Assembly (NCBI GenBank): GCA_963696385.1 | Contig: CAVOKF010000003.1 | Coordinates: forward strand, 192,001 to 256,000 | Length of the DNA stretch: 64,000 bases | Source: an uncultured delta proteobacterium | GTDB lineage: Bacteria > Myxococcota_A > Polyangia > Polyangiales > Polyangiaceae | Reading direction: 5' to 3' | The notes under the pieces: generated by a model | What the model was told of the DNA's origin: nothing | The model's input: the letters and a program-made list of their open reading frames with translations, nothing else | Database searches by the model: none | Shown: piece after piece, positions 27,692 to 38,109 of the stretch | Numbering within the stretch: the first letter of the stretch is position 1 | How the letters are laid out: each line of letters opens with the position of its first letter | Translations under genes and position numbers: made by a program

Positions 27692-28372
27692 TCATTCCGA
27701 CGAGGACGGCCTTCCGATGGCTTTCTTGGACGGCTTAGAGACGTGCGCACTGTTCGCCTCAAAGAACCGCCACGGCTCGTCCGCCCAAGCGCCCGCGTAG
27801 GCGACCCCGACCCGCGCCGTGGTCGCTAGACGCACGCGCTTCACGCGGCGAGAGCACAGGTAAAGGGTGGGGCCGGTAAGGTCGGTGTCATCGAGCGCTC
27901 GGGTAATCTCCATCGCGCGCGCGAAGCGACCCGGACCATCGAGGCGCGCCGAGGGCTCAATGCCCCACACCGCCGCGCCCGCCCGCACGAGGACCGCGTG
28001 ACCGTGGCCTGCTCCTCGACAGGTCACGTTGAAGCAATGATGCATGCCGTACACGAGAAACACGTAAGCATGGCCCTCTTCACCCCATAGCGATCGCGTT
28101 CGTTTCGTGGGGCCGGCGCGTGCGTGGCAGGCCAAGTCCTCGGGACCCCGATAGGCCTCGGTCTCAACGATTCGAGCGACCCGCAATCTCCGGCCACCGC
28201 CTCGCTCATGCACCAGCAAGCAACCGATGAGAGCCCGGGCGATGACGAGCGCGTCCCGTTGGTACCATGTGCGCGGCAGACGCTCGGCGCGCAGCGATGC
28301 GAGATCGAGATGCCCCCAGTCTTGACCGCCTCGGGTGTCGGCCCTGGAGTATCGCTCCGAGAATTTCGTCAT
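27692..28372 (-). CDS. mpg: DNA-3-methyladenine glycosylase (MPG/AAG family)
   Basis: RIVETEAY, ACHA, AYVFLVYGMHHCFNV, AVLVRA, GPGR, RVGV, PWRF. Start uncertain. Confidence 0.92.
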   Translation of the reverse strand: MTKFSERYSRADTRGGQDWGHLDLASLRAERLPRTWYQRDALVIARALIGCLLVHERGGGRRLRVARIVETEAYRGPEDLACHARAGPTKRTRSLWGEEGHAYVFLVYGMHHCFNVTCRGAGHGHAVLVRAGAAVWGIEPSARLDGPGRFARAMEITRALDDTDLTGPTLYLCSRRVKRVRLATTARVGVAYAGAWADEPWRFFEANSAHVSKPSKKAIGRPSSSE

Positions 28373-28628
28373 GCCAGCCGGGCCTTGCATTCGCGTAAGC
28401 CGACCGACCCGTTTTTTCCGTTTCGAGCATCCGTCGGAAGGGGTCACATAGCCGCCGCGGTGGCCCATTGTCCACACGGTGCCACCTCTTTTCCAGACCT
28501 CGCATCGGTTGACGACCGACTCTGCTCTGGAAGTGCGTGCGAGCAGGCGCTATGGCCTCTATCGGTGCCATGCACCGAAGTCGGCCTGGCAGAGTCGCGC
28601 ATCGTGGAGCGCGAAGCACTGGAGACCC

Positions 28629-31455
28629 ATGTTCGAGGAGTTCGGAATCAACGCAGGTTATGTCGAAGAGATCCATGCGCGTTGGGTGCAGAGTCCGCAG
28701 TCGGTCGAAGACGGGTGGCGCCGACTCTTCGAAGGGACGACCCCGGTGTCGCCGGGCACGCCGAAGGGCAACGGGGTGGCCGCCCACCCCACGGGCCATG
28801 GCAACGGCGCAGCCGCGCCCGCGCCATCGCGGACGGCAACGTCGTCGGCAGCGTCTTACCGAGAGTCCGTCCGCGATACGGTCATTGCTGCAACGGAGCT
28901 ACAGAGTCGCGTAGCCCACTTGGTCAACGAATACCGCGTGAGGGGTCACCTCTCCGCGGATCTCGACCCGCTCGGAAGTCGACCGCCCATCGCGCCGGAG
29001 CTCGAACTGTCGAACTTCGGACTGACCGAAGGGGACGTCGACAAAACGTTTTCGACGGCCGGTATGAGCGGCTTTCCGGAGCGAGCTACGCTGCGCGAAA
29101 TCGTCGCCCACCTGCGTGAAACGTATTGCTCGTCGATTGGTGTCGAGTTCACGCACGTCGGAGAGCCCGAGCAGCGTCTCTGGCTGCAGCAGCAGATGGA
29201 GTCGACGGGCAACCACGCATCCCTCGACCGCACGGAGCTCGTTCGAATTCTGACGAAACTCACCGAGGCCGAGATCTTCGAGCAATTCATTCATAAAAAC
29301 TACGGCGGCGGGGCACGGCGATTCTCGCTGGAAGGCGCCGAGAGCGTCATACCGATGATCGATCTGCTGATCGAATCGGCGGGGCAGCACGGCATCGAGG
29401 AGCTCGTCATCGGCATGGCCCACCGGGGTCGGCTCAACGTGCTCGTCAACGTGATGGGCAAGAACGTGCGCGAGATTTTTGCTGCCTTCGATGACAAGAA
29501 GCCCGAGCGGTTTCTGGGAGCCGGCGACGTCAAATACCATCTCGGATACTCGAGCGAAGTCGTCACGCAGTCCGGACGGCCGATTCACCTCTCGATGGCC
29601 TTCAATCCGAGTCACCTCGAGTTCGTGAATCCGGTGGTCGAGGGGCGCGTGCGCGCCAAAATCGATCGAAGAAAACGGAAGAGCACGATGCCTTTGCTCA
29701 TCCATGGGGACGCGGCATTCATGGGTCAGGGCGTCGTCGCCGAAACGCTGAATTTGGCCCAGCTCGAAGGCTACACGACGGGCGGGACCATCCACCTCGT
29801 CGTCAACAACCAAATCGGATTCACTACGCTGCCCGTCGATTCACGCTCCACCCGTTATTGCACCGACGTCGCGCGGATGCTCCGCGTCCCCGTGTTCCAC
29901 GTGAATGGTGAGGACCCCGAAGCGGTCATTCAGGTCACACGCCTCGCGATCGAGTTCCGACAAAGGTTCAAGCAGGACGTGGTCATCGACATGTACTGCT
30001 ACAGGAAGTACGGACACAACGAGGGCGACGAGCCGCGTTTCACGCAACCGCGGATGTACGCGCTCATCGACAAAAAGCCTACGGTCCGCGAAGTCTACGT
30101 CGCCCGCCTGGTGAAGGCGGGACATGTCTCGCGCGAAGAAGCGGACGCCATCGCCCAAGAGCGCAGGGCCACCTTGGAGCGCGCGCTCGAAGAAGCGCGT
30201 CAGGGGGATTTTCACCAGATGCCGGAGGCGATGGGGGGTGTATGGGCGCCCTATCGGGGCGGCCTCGACGCTAGCGTCCCCGAGGTGTCCACCGCGTTTT
30301 CAAAAGAGACGCTTTGCCAGGCCCTCGACAAGCTCGCGACCATGCCGCCCGGATTTCACGCCAACCCGAAGGCGCTCAAGATTCTCGAGCAGCGGAGACT
30401 GCGGGGATTGGATGGCCAGCCGCTCGATTGGGGGACGGCGGAGCATCTGGCTTTCGCGTTCCATCCTATTGGAAGGCCATGGGATTCGCATCAGCGGGCA
30501 AGACTCGCGACGCGGAACGTTCTCCCATCGCCACGCGGTCCTCTTCGACACAGAGACCGGAGAGCCGTATACGCCGCTCGCGCATTTGGGCGACGGAACG
30601 ACCGGTGTCGGACGGTTCGAGATCTACGATTCGCCGCTCAGCGAGGCCGGGGTGCTGGGCTTCGAGTACGGGTACTCGCTCGATCGGCCCGACAAACTCG
30701 TCGTCTGGGAGGCCCAGTTCGGCGACTTCGTGAACGCCGCACAAGTGATCGTCGACCAGTTCATCGTGTCGGCAGAAGACAAGTGGTCGCGCCTGTCGGG
30801 ACTCGTGCTGCTGCTGCCCCACGCGTTCGAGGGCCAAGGCCCGGAGCACTCCAGTGCGCGCATCGAGCGATTTTTACAGCTCTCGGCGGAAGACAACATC
30901 CAGGTCTGCAACCTGACCACGCCCGCGCAGTTCTTCCACGTGCTGAGGCGTCAAGTGAACCGTCCTTTGCGCAAGCCGCTCGTCGTCTTCACTCCGAAGT
31001 GGCTTTTGCGACATCCCGAGGCCACCAGCTCGCTCGACGAGCTCGCATTCGGGTCATTCCAGCGCGTCATTGCCGATGACGTCGTGGACCCGGCAAAGAC
31101 GCGCCGCATCGTCCTATGCAGCGGCAAGGTCTACTACAATCTCGTGGAGGAGCGGCGACGTCGAGCGCGCGATGATGTGGCGATCATTCGGCTCGAGCAA
31201 TACTATCCCCTGAGCGGCGCCCTCATGGATGCGCTCCGTCGATACCCCGAGGGAACGCCGCTCGTTTGGGTTCAGGAGGAGCCGCGCAACATGGGCGCAT
31301 GGTATTTCATCAACTCGCGCAAGCACGAGATGTTCTCGGATCGTCATCCGCTCGCCCTGGTCTCGCGCGCGGAAAGCGCCAGCCCGGCAACGGGAAGCAA
31401 GGCCGCGCACGACTTGGAGCAGAGGATCCTGATGAACGAAGCGTTTGCCACCTGA
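28629..31455 (+). pseudogene. sucA: 2-oxoglutarate dehydrogenase E1 component, interrupted by a +1 frameshift at ~30459 (true lesion or sequencing error)
   Basis: Frame 1 has RFSLEGAE, GMAHRGRLN, NPSHLE, HGDAA, GHNEGDEP up to EHLAFA. Frame 2 continues [47 protein letters not shown]. Removing one T of GCGTTCC restores a 941-aa protein. Confidence 0.93.
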
Positions 31456-31501
31456 CCCGGCGTGACGGCGCCTGTCGAGCTTGTCCGCCACCGCAGCGAC
31501 G

Positions 31502-31609
31502 CTATCCCCGCGCGCGTTTGTCCGAGATCACCAACACGGCGACGACCCAGGCGACGAGCCCGACGATGACGACGGCCATCGTGGCGTAGAGGATATTGGG
31601 GTTCACCAT
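31502..31609 (-). CDS. Small single-TM protein (35 aa)
   Basis: MVNPNILYATMAVVIVGLVAWVVAVLVISDKRARG*. Nearly all codons end in G/C, GGTGG lies upstream, and it is co-oriented with the FKBP gene. Too short for the ORF track. Confidence 0.55.
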   Translation of the reverse strand: MVNPNILYATMAVVIVGLVAWVVAVLVISDKRARG

Positions 31610-31717
31610 CAGCCACCACCGTAGCCGAACTCGACCCCCATGACGACGAGAAGGCAGCTCACGTCGACGGGGAGCGGGCGCTGGCCGGCGGGCAAGCCAC
31701 GATCGGCCGCAAGCGAA

Positions 31718-32161
31718 TCAATCGATGGCTACGAGCTCCACTGCGAACTTGAGCCCGGCGTTCGGCGGGATCGCTGGAGGACTTCCACTCTCGCCGTAAC
31801 CGAGATCCGAAGGAATCGTAAGATTTCGTTTGCCCCCGACTTTCATGCCGACGACTCCGCGATCCCAGCCCTTGATGACTTCGCCTCGGCCCAGCGTGAA
31901 CGTGAACGGCTCGCTCCCGTGATCGTACGAACTGTCAAATTTCTGGCCATTCATCAGCGTCCCCGTGTACTGCACGTGAACCGTATCCCCGGTCTTCGCT
32001 TCTCGGCCCGTGCCGACGACTTCGTCATCCATCTCCAGCTTCGTGGGCCCCTCGGGCACGGCTTGCGCGGCAGCCGGCGTGAAATCGCTCTTGGGCTCGT
32101 CGACCGGCTTGGAGCAAGACGCCGCGACAGACACGAGGACGAGCAACGAGAGCCGGCACAT
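31718..32161 (-). CDS. FKBP-type peptidyl-prolyl cis-trans isomerase (lipoprotein)
   Basis: Lipobox AASC, VQYTGTL..G.KFDSS, VIKGWD.G..GMKVGGKR, YG...IPPNA.L.F.VEL. Confidence 0.95.
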   Translation of the reverse strand: MCRLSLLVLVSVAASCSKPVDEPKSDFTPAAAQAVPEGPTKLEMDDEVVGTGREAKTGDTVHVQYTGTLMNGQKFDSSYDHGSEPFTFTLGRGEVIKGWDRGVVGMKVGGKRNLTIPSDLGYGESGSPPAIPPNAGLKFAVELVAID

Positions 32162-32175
32162 GACGGACGGCGACG

Positions 32176-33549
32176 CTAGCGGAGCCGGGGCTGCGCGCCA
32201 AGCCGGCCGGACGGCGTGGCCGCCGGACGGGCCTCGCTGGGCTGAACGCCCAACACATCTCCCACGAGCGCGGCGATCGTGGCGATCTGATCGCGGGTGA
32301 CGGTCAGGTGGACCTTCAAAGACGAGCCTTCGGACGAAGTCTCGACGTGGTCGAGGAGGCCGTGCGTGACAAGCGACGTGAGCGTGTCGTTGTGACGCCG
32401 GACCAATCGAGCGACTTGCACCGCAGCGGCAGCTGCCGCGGCCGCATCGTCGGTATCCCCGTCCACGTACACGTCGGCTCCTTCGTCAGCGCGCGGCACG
32501 ACGCGCAACCTCAATTCGTGGATCGCATCGGACAGATCCGGAATGGCGCGGTGGGGGCTGACGAAACGCAGATACACCGCGTCGCCCTCGCGAATGGGAG
32601 CCATCACTCGGGCTCCGACGAGCTGGCGAGCCACCTTCGACGCGGCGCTCGGAGGCACCACGGCCAGCACTCGGGATTGCGGGCGGAGAATGACGCGCTC
32701 GGCGCGATCGGCGTGGGCGAGCGTTGCCTTGACCCCGCGAACTCCCGCGTCGATGAAACCGCCGCCCGTGGTTCTGCGACCGATCGCCGCAACCGCACGA
32801 TCCATCGTCGTGTCCGGCGCGGAGTAATGGATCAGCACCACGTCGCGTTCCGTATTGACGAGCGACGGACCGCTGATGACGATCCAATCGATATCTCGCA
32901 CGGGATCGAGAGTCGTGCCCGCCATGAATTGGTCCCATTGAGGCAGGGCTCGCAAGAGGTAGCCTATGGTCGCGCCGACGGGGTTCTTTCGAATCACTTC
33001 GGCGTTGATGACGAGCATGACGAGAACTCGATCCGTCTGGATGGCGCTCATCAGTGCTTCGGCATCGGGCGCGGATCCCGCATCGAAACGCGCGACCGCT
33101 GCATCGCTCACCTCGCCCGCCTCGAGCGAGAAGGCCTCTGCTGCGCTTGTCACGGCCGCGTCGCGCACCGCTGTTCGCCCCCCGACGCCGGCGTCGTGTC
33201 GGCGCGCCTGGTCCCCGTCCTCGACCGCAGGCAGCTGGGCCGACGTACCCTCGGACGGAGCCGTTTGCTCGGACGGAGACACGTCGGCTGCGGAGAGAAC
33301 GTCGATGGCGATCGACGCCTCCCCCTCGACATCCGTGATTTCGAGATGGTTCAGCTCGAGTGGAAAAAGCAAGGCATGCAGGCCGGCGGAGACCGCTAGC
33401 GCAATCACCGACGCGATGCGCACGGGCCGGCGCGACCAGAAACGCTCGGGCCCGCTGCGAGCCATTTTCCCGACGCGCCGGGTCGCATGCGGGTCCGCCG
33501 GCGCAGCCAATCCTGCGGCGAGGGCCCTCCTCGTCCCCTCCTCAGTCAC
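32176..33549 (-). CDS. Hypothetical membrane-anchored protein
   Basis: 457-aa ORF with a TM containing S..LH, an Ala/Asp-rich linker (DAG repeats) and a globular C-terminus. Confidence 0.7.
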   Translation of the reverse strand: MTEEGTRRALAAGLAAPADPHATRRVGKMARSGPERFWSRRPVRIASVIALAVSAGLHALLFPLELNHLEITDVEGEASIAIDVLSAADVSPSEQTAPSEGTSAQLPAVEDGDQARRHDAGVGGRTAVRDAAVTSAAEAFSLEAGEVSDAAVARFDAGSAPDAEALMSAIQTDRVLVMLVINAEVIRKNPVGATIGYLLRALPQWDQFMAGTTLDPVRDIDWIVISGPSLVNTERDVVLIHYSAPDTTMDRAVAAIGRRTTGGGFIDAGVRGVKATLAHADRAERVILRPQSRVLAVVPPSAASKVARQLVGARVMAPIREGDAVYLRFVSPHRAIPDLSDAIHELRLRVVPRADEGADVYVDGDTDDAAAAAAAAVQVARLVRRHNDTLTSLVTHGLLDHVETSSEGSSLKVHLTVTRDQIATIAALVGDVLGVQPSEARPAATPSGRLGAQPRLR

Positions 33550-33698
33550 GTAAGCTCCTTCACGCGCGGATTCACCCTCGCAGTAAGCCGGTGTTTAGGT
33601 CCTCGAATTCGGGAGGCCGGGCGGAGGCCGTGGTCCAGGGCCGAGAAGTGGTATGACCCGCCACGAACGCGTTATGAAACAGCTGCGTTAGCATCCTC

Positions 33699-35390
33699 AT
33701 GGTTTGCCGTCGCCCTGCGTCGTTCACCATCGTCCTGTCGATGTTCGCCTCCATGACCGTCGCTTGCAGGCAGCCGCGCACACTCTCCGGGGGCGTCGAA
33801 CCGCCTTCCCCGTCCTCGGCGGGCCCGGTCCTGGCGGACGCGGGTCTCGCGCCGAGTGCGGGAGCGGTCTCCGACGCGGGATCCTACGACGGTCCATGGA
33901 TCGGCGCGATCGTGATGCAGGCGCCCATCTGGAGCGAAATGGAGACCCCGAACGATCGGAGAGGCGAACATGACAGCAAGTCCGTGCGCCTGGGCTATTT
34001 GAGATATGGCGAGCGAGCGCCCGTGATTCCAGAGGTTCACAAGAAGTCCAATTGTGCCGAAGGTTGGTACGAGCTCGTGTCGGGTGGGTTCATCTGCGGC
34101 AAGCTCGCAACGATGGACCTCGATCACCCCAAGTTCAAGCTGGCTAAGGCACCGAACCTCGACGGATCTCTGCCGTACCTCTATGGCGTCAATCTCTGGA
34201 ATGGAACGCCGCTGTATCGTTCGGTGCCGTCACGCGAACAGCGCAAGAAGTTCGAACCATGGCTCTTCAAACCAAAAAAACCGAAGATGGTCGACGAAGA
34301 CCGCACGTATGCCCCGGCGAGCCTCGCGACAAGCATTGCGGACTCCGGCGTCTCCGACCCGGGGGCCTTGGAAGATGCCGACACTCCATGGTGGGACAAA
34401 GAGATTCCTGACGGGGGCCCACCACAGATCACGCTGGAGGATCTGCAAGAGAGCGGTGGCCCAATCGCACGGCGGATGGTCAAAGGATTCTATCTGTCGC
34501 TCGACCGCGAGATCGACGTCGGCGGGACCCAGTGGTGGAAGACGATCGCCGGTCTCTCCGCTCCAGCCGACCGAATTCTCGTTTCGAAGCCGGTCACCGA
34601 ATTTCACGGCGTTTGGCTCGGCAAGGACGCGGCGACGTTTGCGACCAAGAATGTCGCGTCGCGCCGGGTCGACAAGCTTCCCGTCGGCTTCGTCCTAAAC
34701 TACTTCGCCAAGCGCTGGATGCTCGACGAGGCAAGGAAGCACGCGTCCGTGGCGCCGGGTGCTCTCGACCGGTTCGACGCCATCGGACTCACCGGAGACA
34801 AGGCGCGCGCAAACGGGTACGAGTTCTGGGAGACGGACGAAGGCTGGTGGCTGCGCGCGATCGACGCCACCAAGACGGAGCCGGGCCCCGCGCCGGACAA
34901 GCTCGGCGAGGGCGAGAAATGGATCGACGTCAATCTCAAACGACAGACGCTCGTGGCCTTCGAAGGCGCGACGCCCGTCTTTGTCACGGTCGTTTCGAGC
35001 GGACGAAATGAACACGAGACCCCTCCGGGCAGTTTCCGCATCCGCGAGAAGCACATCTCGGCGACCATGGACGGCGATTCGGACACCGCAACGGACGGGC
35101 CGTACTCCATCGAGGACGTGCCCTACATCGAGTATTTCAATGCCGGATATGCTTTGCATGGCGCATTTTGGCACGGGGCATTCGGTTCGGTGAAAAGCCA
35201 TGGCTGCGTCAATCTGGCCCCGTGGGATGCCAAGGCGGTCTTCGGATGGACGGATCCGCCGCTGCCGGAAGGCTGGCATGCCGTTTTCGCGAACAAGGAC
35301 ACCCCTGGAACGCGCGTCGTCGTGCACGAAAAGGGCCCAGGCACCTGCGAGGGACCGAAGGCGGAGCCGCCGCAGTGCCCGGACCACTGA
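33699..35390 (+). CDS. L,D-transpeptidase (YkuD domain) lipoprotein
   Basis: WIDVNL..QTL, VSSG, TPPG.F.I, ALHGAFWH..FG..KSHGCVNL (catalytic H/C). Confidence 0.92.
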   Translation: MVCRRPASFTIVLSMFASMTVACRQPRTLSGGVEPPSPSSAGPVLADAGLAPSAGAVSDAGSYDGPWIGAIVMQAPIWSEMETPNDRRGEHDSKSVRLGYLRYGERAPVIPEVHKKSNCAEGWYELVSGGFICGKLATMDLDHPKFKLAKAPNLDGSLPYLYGVNLWNGTPLYRSVPSREQRKKFEPWLFKPKKPKMVDEDRTYAPASLATSIADSGVSDPGALEDADTPWWDKEIPDGGPPQITLEDLQESGGPIARRMVKGFYLSLDREIDVGGTQWWKTIAGLSAPADRILVSKPVTEFHGVWLGKDAATFATKNVASRRVDKLPVGFVLNYFAKRWMLDEARKHASVAPGALDRFDAIGLTGDKARANGYEFWETDEGWWLRAIDATKTEPGPAPDKLGEGEKWIDVNLKRQTLVAFEGATPVFVTVVSSGRNEHETPPGSFRIREKHISATMDGDSDTATDGPYSIEDVPYIEYFNAGYALHGAFWHGAFGSVKSHGCVNLAPWDAKAVFGWTDPPLPEGWHAVFANKDTPGTRVVVHEKGPGTCEGPKAEPPQCPDH

Positions 35391-35501
35391 CGCTCTGTCC
35401 GACGTGCCCTCCGGCCTACGAGCCCAGTCGCGCTCCGCGCTCAACCCGGCAGCTTGACGTGAGGCGTGGCGTCCGGCAGACCAATGCGCTCGTCCGCACC
35501 C

Positions 35502-36497
35502 ATGGAAGACCAATTCACCGCACACCTGGACCGCGGTTGGGATCTCGCCCAGAAGGGAGACGCCGCGGGCGCCATCGCCTGCGCCCGGCGCGCCCTGGAA
35601 CTCGACCCGCAGTCGCCTGAAGTGCACAACCTGATGGGGTTCGCGTCCGCACTGGACGGCGAAGCGGAAGAGGCCCTCGAGCACTATCGGCTCGCGATTG
35701 CACTCGACGAAACCTACTTCGAGGCCATGCTCAACGCGGCGGAGGTGATGATTGCTCCACTCGGCGAGTACGATAGCGCCATCGCGCAGATCGAGGAGGC
35801 GCTCGACTATGCTGAGACAGACGAAGAGGTCGCCGACTGCGTTCTGCTCAAAGTGGATGCATGGATGGCGAAGGGCGACTACGAGGAAGCGAAGCGGGCG
35901 ATGAAGATGCTCCCAGACGGACCGGTCGGCGGCCCAACCTATCTGTTTCTGATCGGCCGGGCTTGGTACGAGCTCGGCCAGATCGACAAGGCGGCGCCGC
36001 TCATCGAGCAAGCGGTCCACGCCGACCCGCAAAGCGCGGACGCGCATTACTATCTCGGCTTGGTACGCGACGAGCAGGGCGACGCGCGCGGGGCGACGGA
36101 GGCGCTCTTGCGGTCACGGGCACTCGACGGCGCTCGCGGGCCGGCCGTTTGGGCGCCCAGTCCAGAGACGTTCACGACCCTGGTCGGAACGGCGATCGAA
36201 AAGCTCGACGCGGTCCTGGCGCGGTACGTACGGGGGTCCGAAGTATACGTCGTCGACCTGCCCGGCGCCGAGTTGGTTGTCGACGGAGTCAATCCGCGCG
36301 CACTGCTCGTCATCGACACGCCGCCGACTGAAGAGGGTGCGCCGGCTCGAGTGCGCCTCTTCGTCTACCAGCGAAACGTGGAACGAGCGGCCGGCTCGCT
36401 CGAGGCGATGGATGCCGAACTGGCGTCGGCGCTCGAGCGCGAAGTGGCGGCTGTCTTCTTGGAAGGTCAGAAGCCCGACAAGAACCAGCTCAACTGA
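35502..36497 (+). CDS. Tetratricopeptide repeat protein with a degenerate zincin-like C-terminal domain
   Basis: Several TPRs (ARRALELDPQSPEVHNLMG, ADPQSADAHYYLG) and a C-terminal RLFVYQRNVER...ALEREV. Confidence 0.8.
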   Translation: MEDQFTAHLDRGWDLAQKGDAAGAIACARRALELDPQSPEVHNLMGFASALDGEAEEALEHYRLAIALDETYFEAMLNAAEVMIAPLGEYDSAIAQIEEALDYAETDEEVADCVLLKVDAWMAKGDYEEAKRAMKMLPDGPVGGPTYLFLIGRAWYELGQIDKAAPLIEQAVHADPQSADAHYYLGLVRDEQGDARGATEALLRSRALDGARGPAVWAPSPETFTTLVGTAIEKLDAVLARYVRGSEVYVVDLPGAELVVDGVNPRALLVIDTPPTEEGAPARVRLFVYQRNVERAAGSLEAMDAELASALEREVAAVFLEGQKPDKNQLN

Positions 36498-36510
36498 AGC
36501 CGCCACGACG

Positions 36511-36885
36511 ATGAGCGTGCAAGAATACCGGATCCGCCTCGACGGCGTTCGGTTCCGGAGCAAGCACGGAGCCTCGGCATCCGAGCGACGCCTGCCGCAA
36601 GACTTCGTCGCTCACGTGGAGCTGTCTTTGCCGCCGTCCAAGCTGCCGCGCGGGGACGACCGTGCGGAAGTCGTCGACTACGACCACATCGCGTCGGTCG
36701 TCGTCGAAGAGGGAACCGGCCGCAGCTACCGTCTCCTCGAGACGCTTGCCCGTCGCATCGTCGAGAGACTGTTCGCGGAGTGCCCTGCGACCAGCATCCG
36801 AATCCTCATCACGAAGGCAAAGCCGCCGACGTCAAGCAGCGTCGAGGCGGCGTCCGTCGAGTTGACCGTAACGCGCGAGAGCTGA
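36511..36885 (+). CDS. folB: Dihydroneopterin aldolase
   Basis: HG...ER..PQ.F, VDY, LLETLA and ITK.KPP motifs. ATG at 36511. Confidence 0.9.
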   Translation: MSVQEYRIRLDGVRFRSKHGASASERRLPQDFVAHVELSLPPSKLPRGDDRAEVVDYDHIASVVVEEGTGRSYRLLETLARRIVERLFAECPATSIRILITKAKPPTSSSVEAASVELTVTRES

Positions 36886-37000
36886 CGTTGCGGCCGCATG
36901 CGCGGAAATCCCGCAGAAATGGGGGGCCATCGGCAGACGGATGAGCCCCTGCGCTTCGACGCTCAAGGTTGAGGCGATCGCGTCGTGTCCGGCCGCAACG
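36886..37000. repeat. 115-bp intergenic segment with 11-bp perfect terminal inverted repeats
   Basis: CGTTGCGGCCG at 36886-36896 and CGGCCGCAACG at 36990-37000, between convergent genes. Confidence 0.6.
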
Positions 37001-37006
37001 ATGACG

Positions 37007-38074
37007 CTACCCGGCGCGCGAAGCGAGGTCGTGGGCGATGGCTCCCAGCAGATCTCGGGCAACCCCCGGCGGCACGGCGTCGAGCGACGCCAGGGCACGC
37101 GCCGTCTCGTCGCGGGCGAGCACGCGGACTCCATCGCACACGCCCGAGGCGCGGACGGCATCGGCGACTTGCAACGCCGCACGTGAGTCGCCGGCGCGGG
37201 CCGCATCCACTTCGGAGACGAGCGCTGGGCGAGCGGCGATCGCACGAATAAGTGGAAGAGTCAGCTTACCTTCCGCCAGATCGGCCAGAGACATCTTGCC
37301 GGTCGCCCCGGGATCACCCACGTAATCGAGCACGTCGTCGACCAGTTGAAAGGCCACGCCAAGACGCGCACCAAACTCGGCCAAGGCCGCAGCCGCACCC
37401 GCGGGGGCGCCCGCGACGACGGCGCCGGAGCGAGCAGCCCAGGCGAAGAGCGACGCCGTCTTGTCATGGACGATCCGAAAGTAAACGTCCTCGCTCGCAT
37501 CGAGAAACATCCGTCCGCGAAGTTGGATGACTTCGCCATCGACCAGTCGCCGAAGGGTCACGAACAAATCGATGAGCACGGCCTGTGGGGCCACGAGAGC
37601 CGCGCGCTCAAGCGCGTGCGTCAGCAGCAAGTCACCGGCGAGCACGCTGACGGCGTTGCCCCAGACTCGCCGGGGGGTCGGCCGGCCGCGACGCTCATCG
37701 CCTTCGTCAATCACGTCATCGTGCAGCAGGGTGGCGAGATGAACGAGCTCCGCCACGACCGCCAGCTCACGGGCGGCCCGAGACGGCGCGCCGAAGCAAG
37801 CGGCCGACAGGAGGACGGTCAGTGGGCGAACGCGCTTACCTCCGGCTTCGAGCAGATGCGTTGCCGAATCGGTCGCCGGAGAGACCCCGTCCCGGGTCAA
37901 ACGCGCGAGCGCCCAATCGACAGCGTCCATGTCGTCGCCGAGCAGCGCCCTCACCTGCGCCAGACGCTCCGCCGCGCGCCCGCCGGCGCGCTCGGCGGCA
38001 TCACGAAGAAGCGCGGCAGACACGGTGGCGTTGGTCGGAGCGTTCAAAATGATTTGAAGGACGTATGGAGGCAA
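37007..38074 (-). CDS. Polyprenyl diphosphate synthase (IspB-like)
   Basis: GGKRVRP, LLHDDVID..RRG (FARM), KTA, FQLVDDVLD (SARM), GK.TLP. Confidence 0.93.
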   Translation of the reverse strand: MPPYVLQIILNAPTNATVSAALLRDAAERAGGRAAERLAQVRALLGDDMDAVDWALARLTRDGVSPATDSATHLLEAGGKRVRPLTVLLSAACFGAPSRAARELAVVAELVHLATLLHDDVIDEGDERRGRPTPRRVWGNAVSVLAGDLLLTHALERAALVAPQAVLIDLFVTLRRLVDGEVIQLRGRMFLDASEDVYFRIVHDKTASLFAWAARSGAVVAGAPAGAAAALAEFGARLGVAFQLVDDVLDYVGDPGATGKMSLADLAEGKLTLPLIRAIAARPALVSEVDAARAGDSRAALQVADAVRASGVCDGVRVLARDETARALASLDAVPPGVARDLLGAIAHDLASRAG

Positions 38075-38109
38075 CGTCGCCCGGGGTCAAGCCTTCCCGG
38101 CAGAGCGCC

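Noticed and set aside
28479..31455. Two separate genes or a programmed frameshift for sucA
   Set aside because: The halves join seamlessly on removing one base, the second ORF has no credible start, and I see no slippery site.
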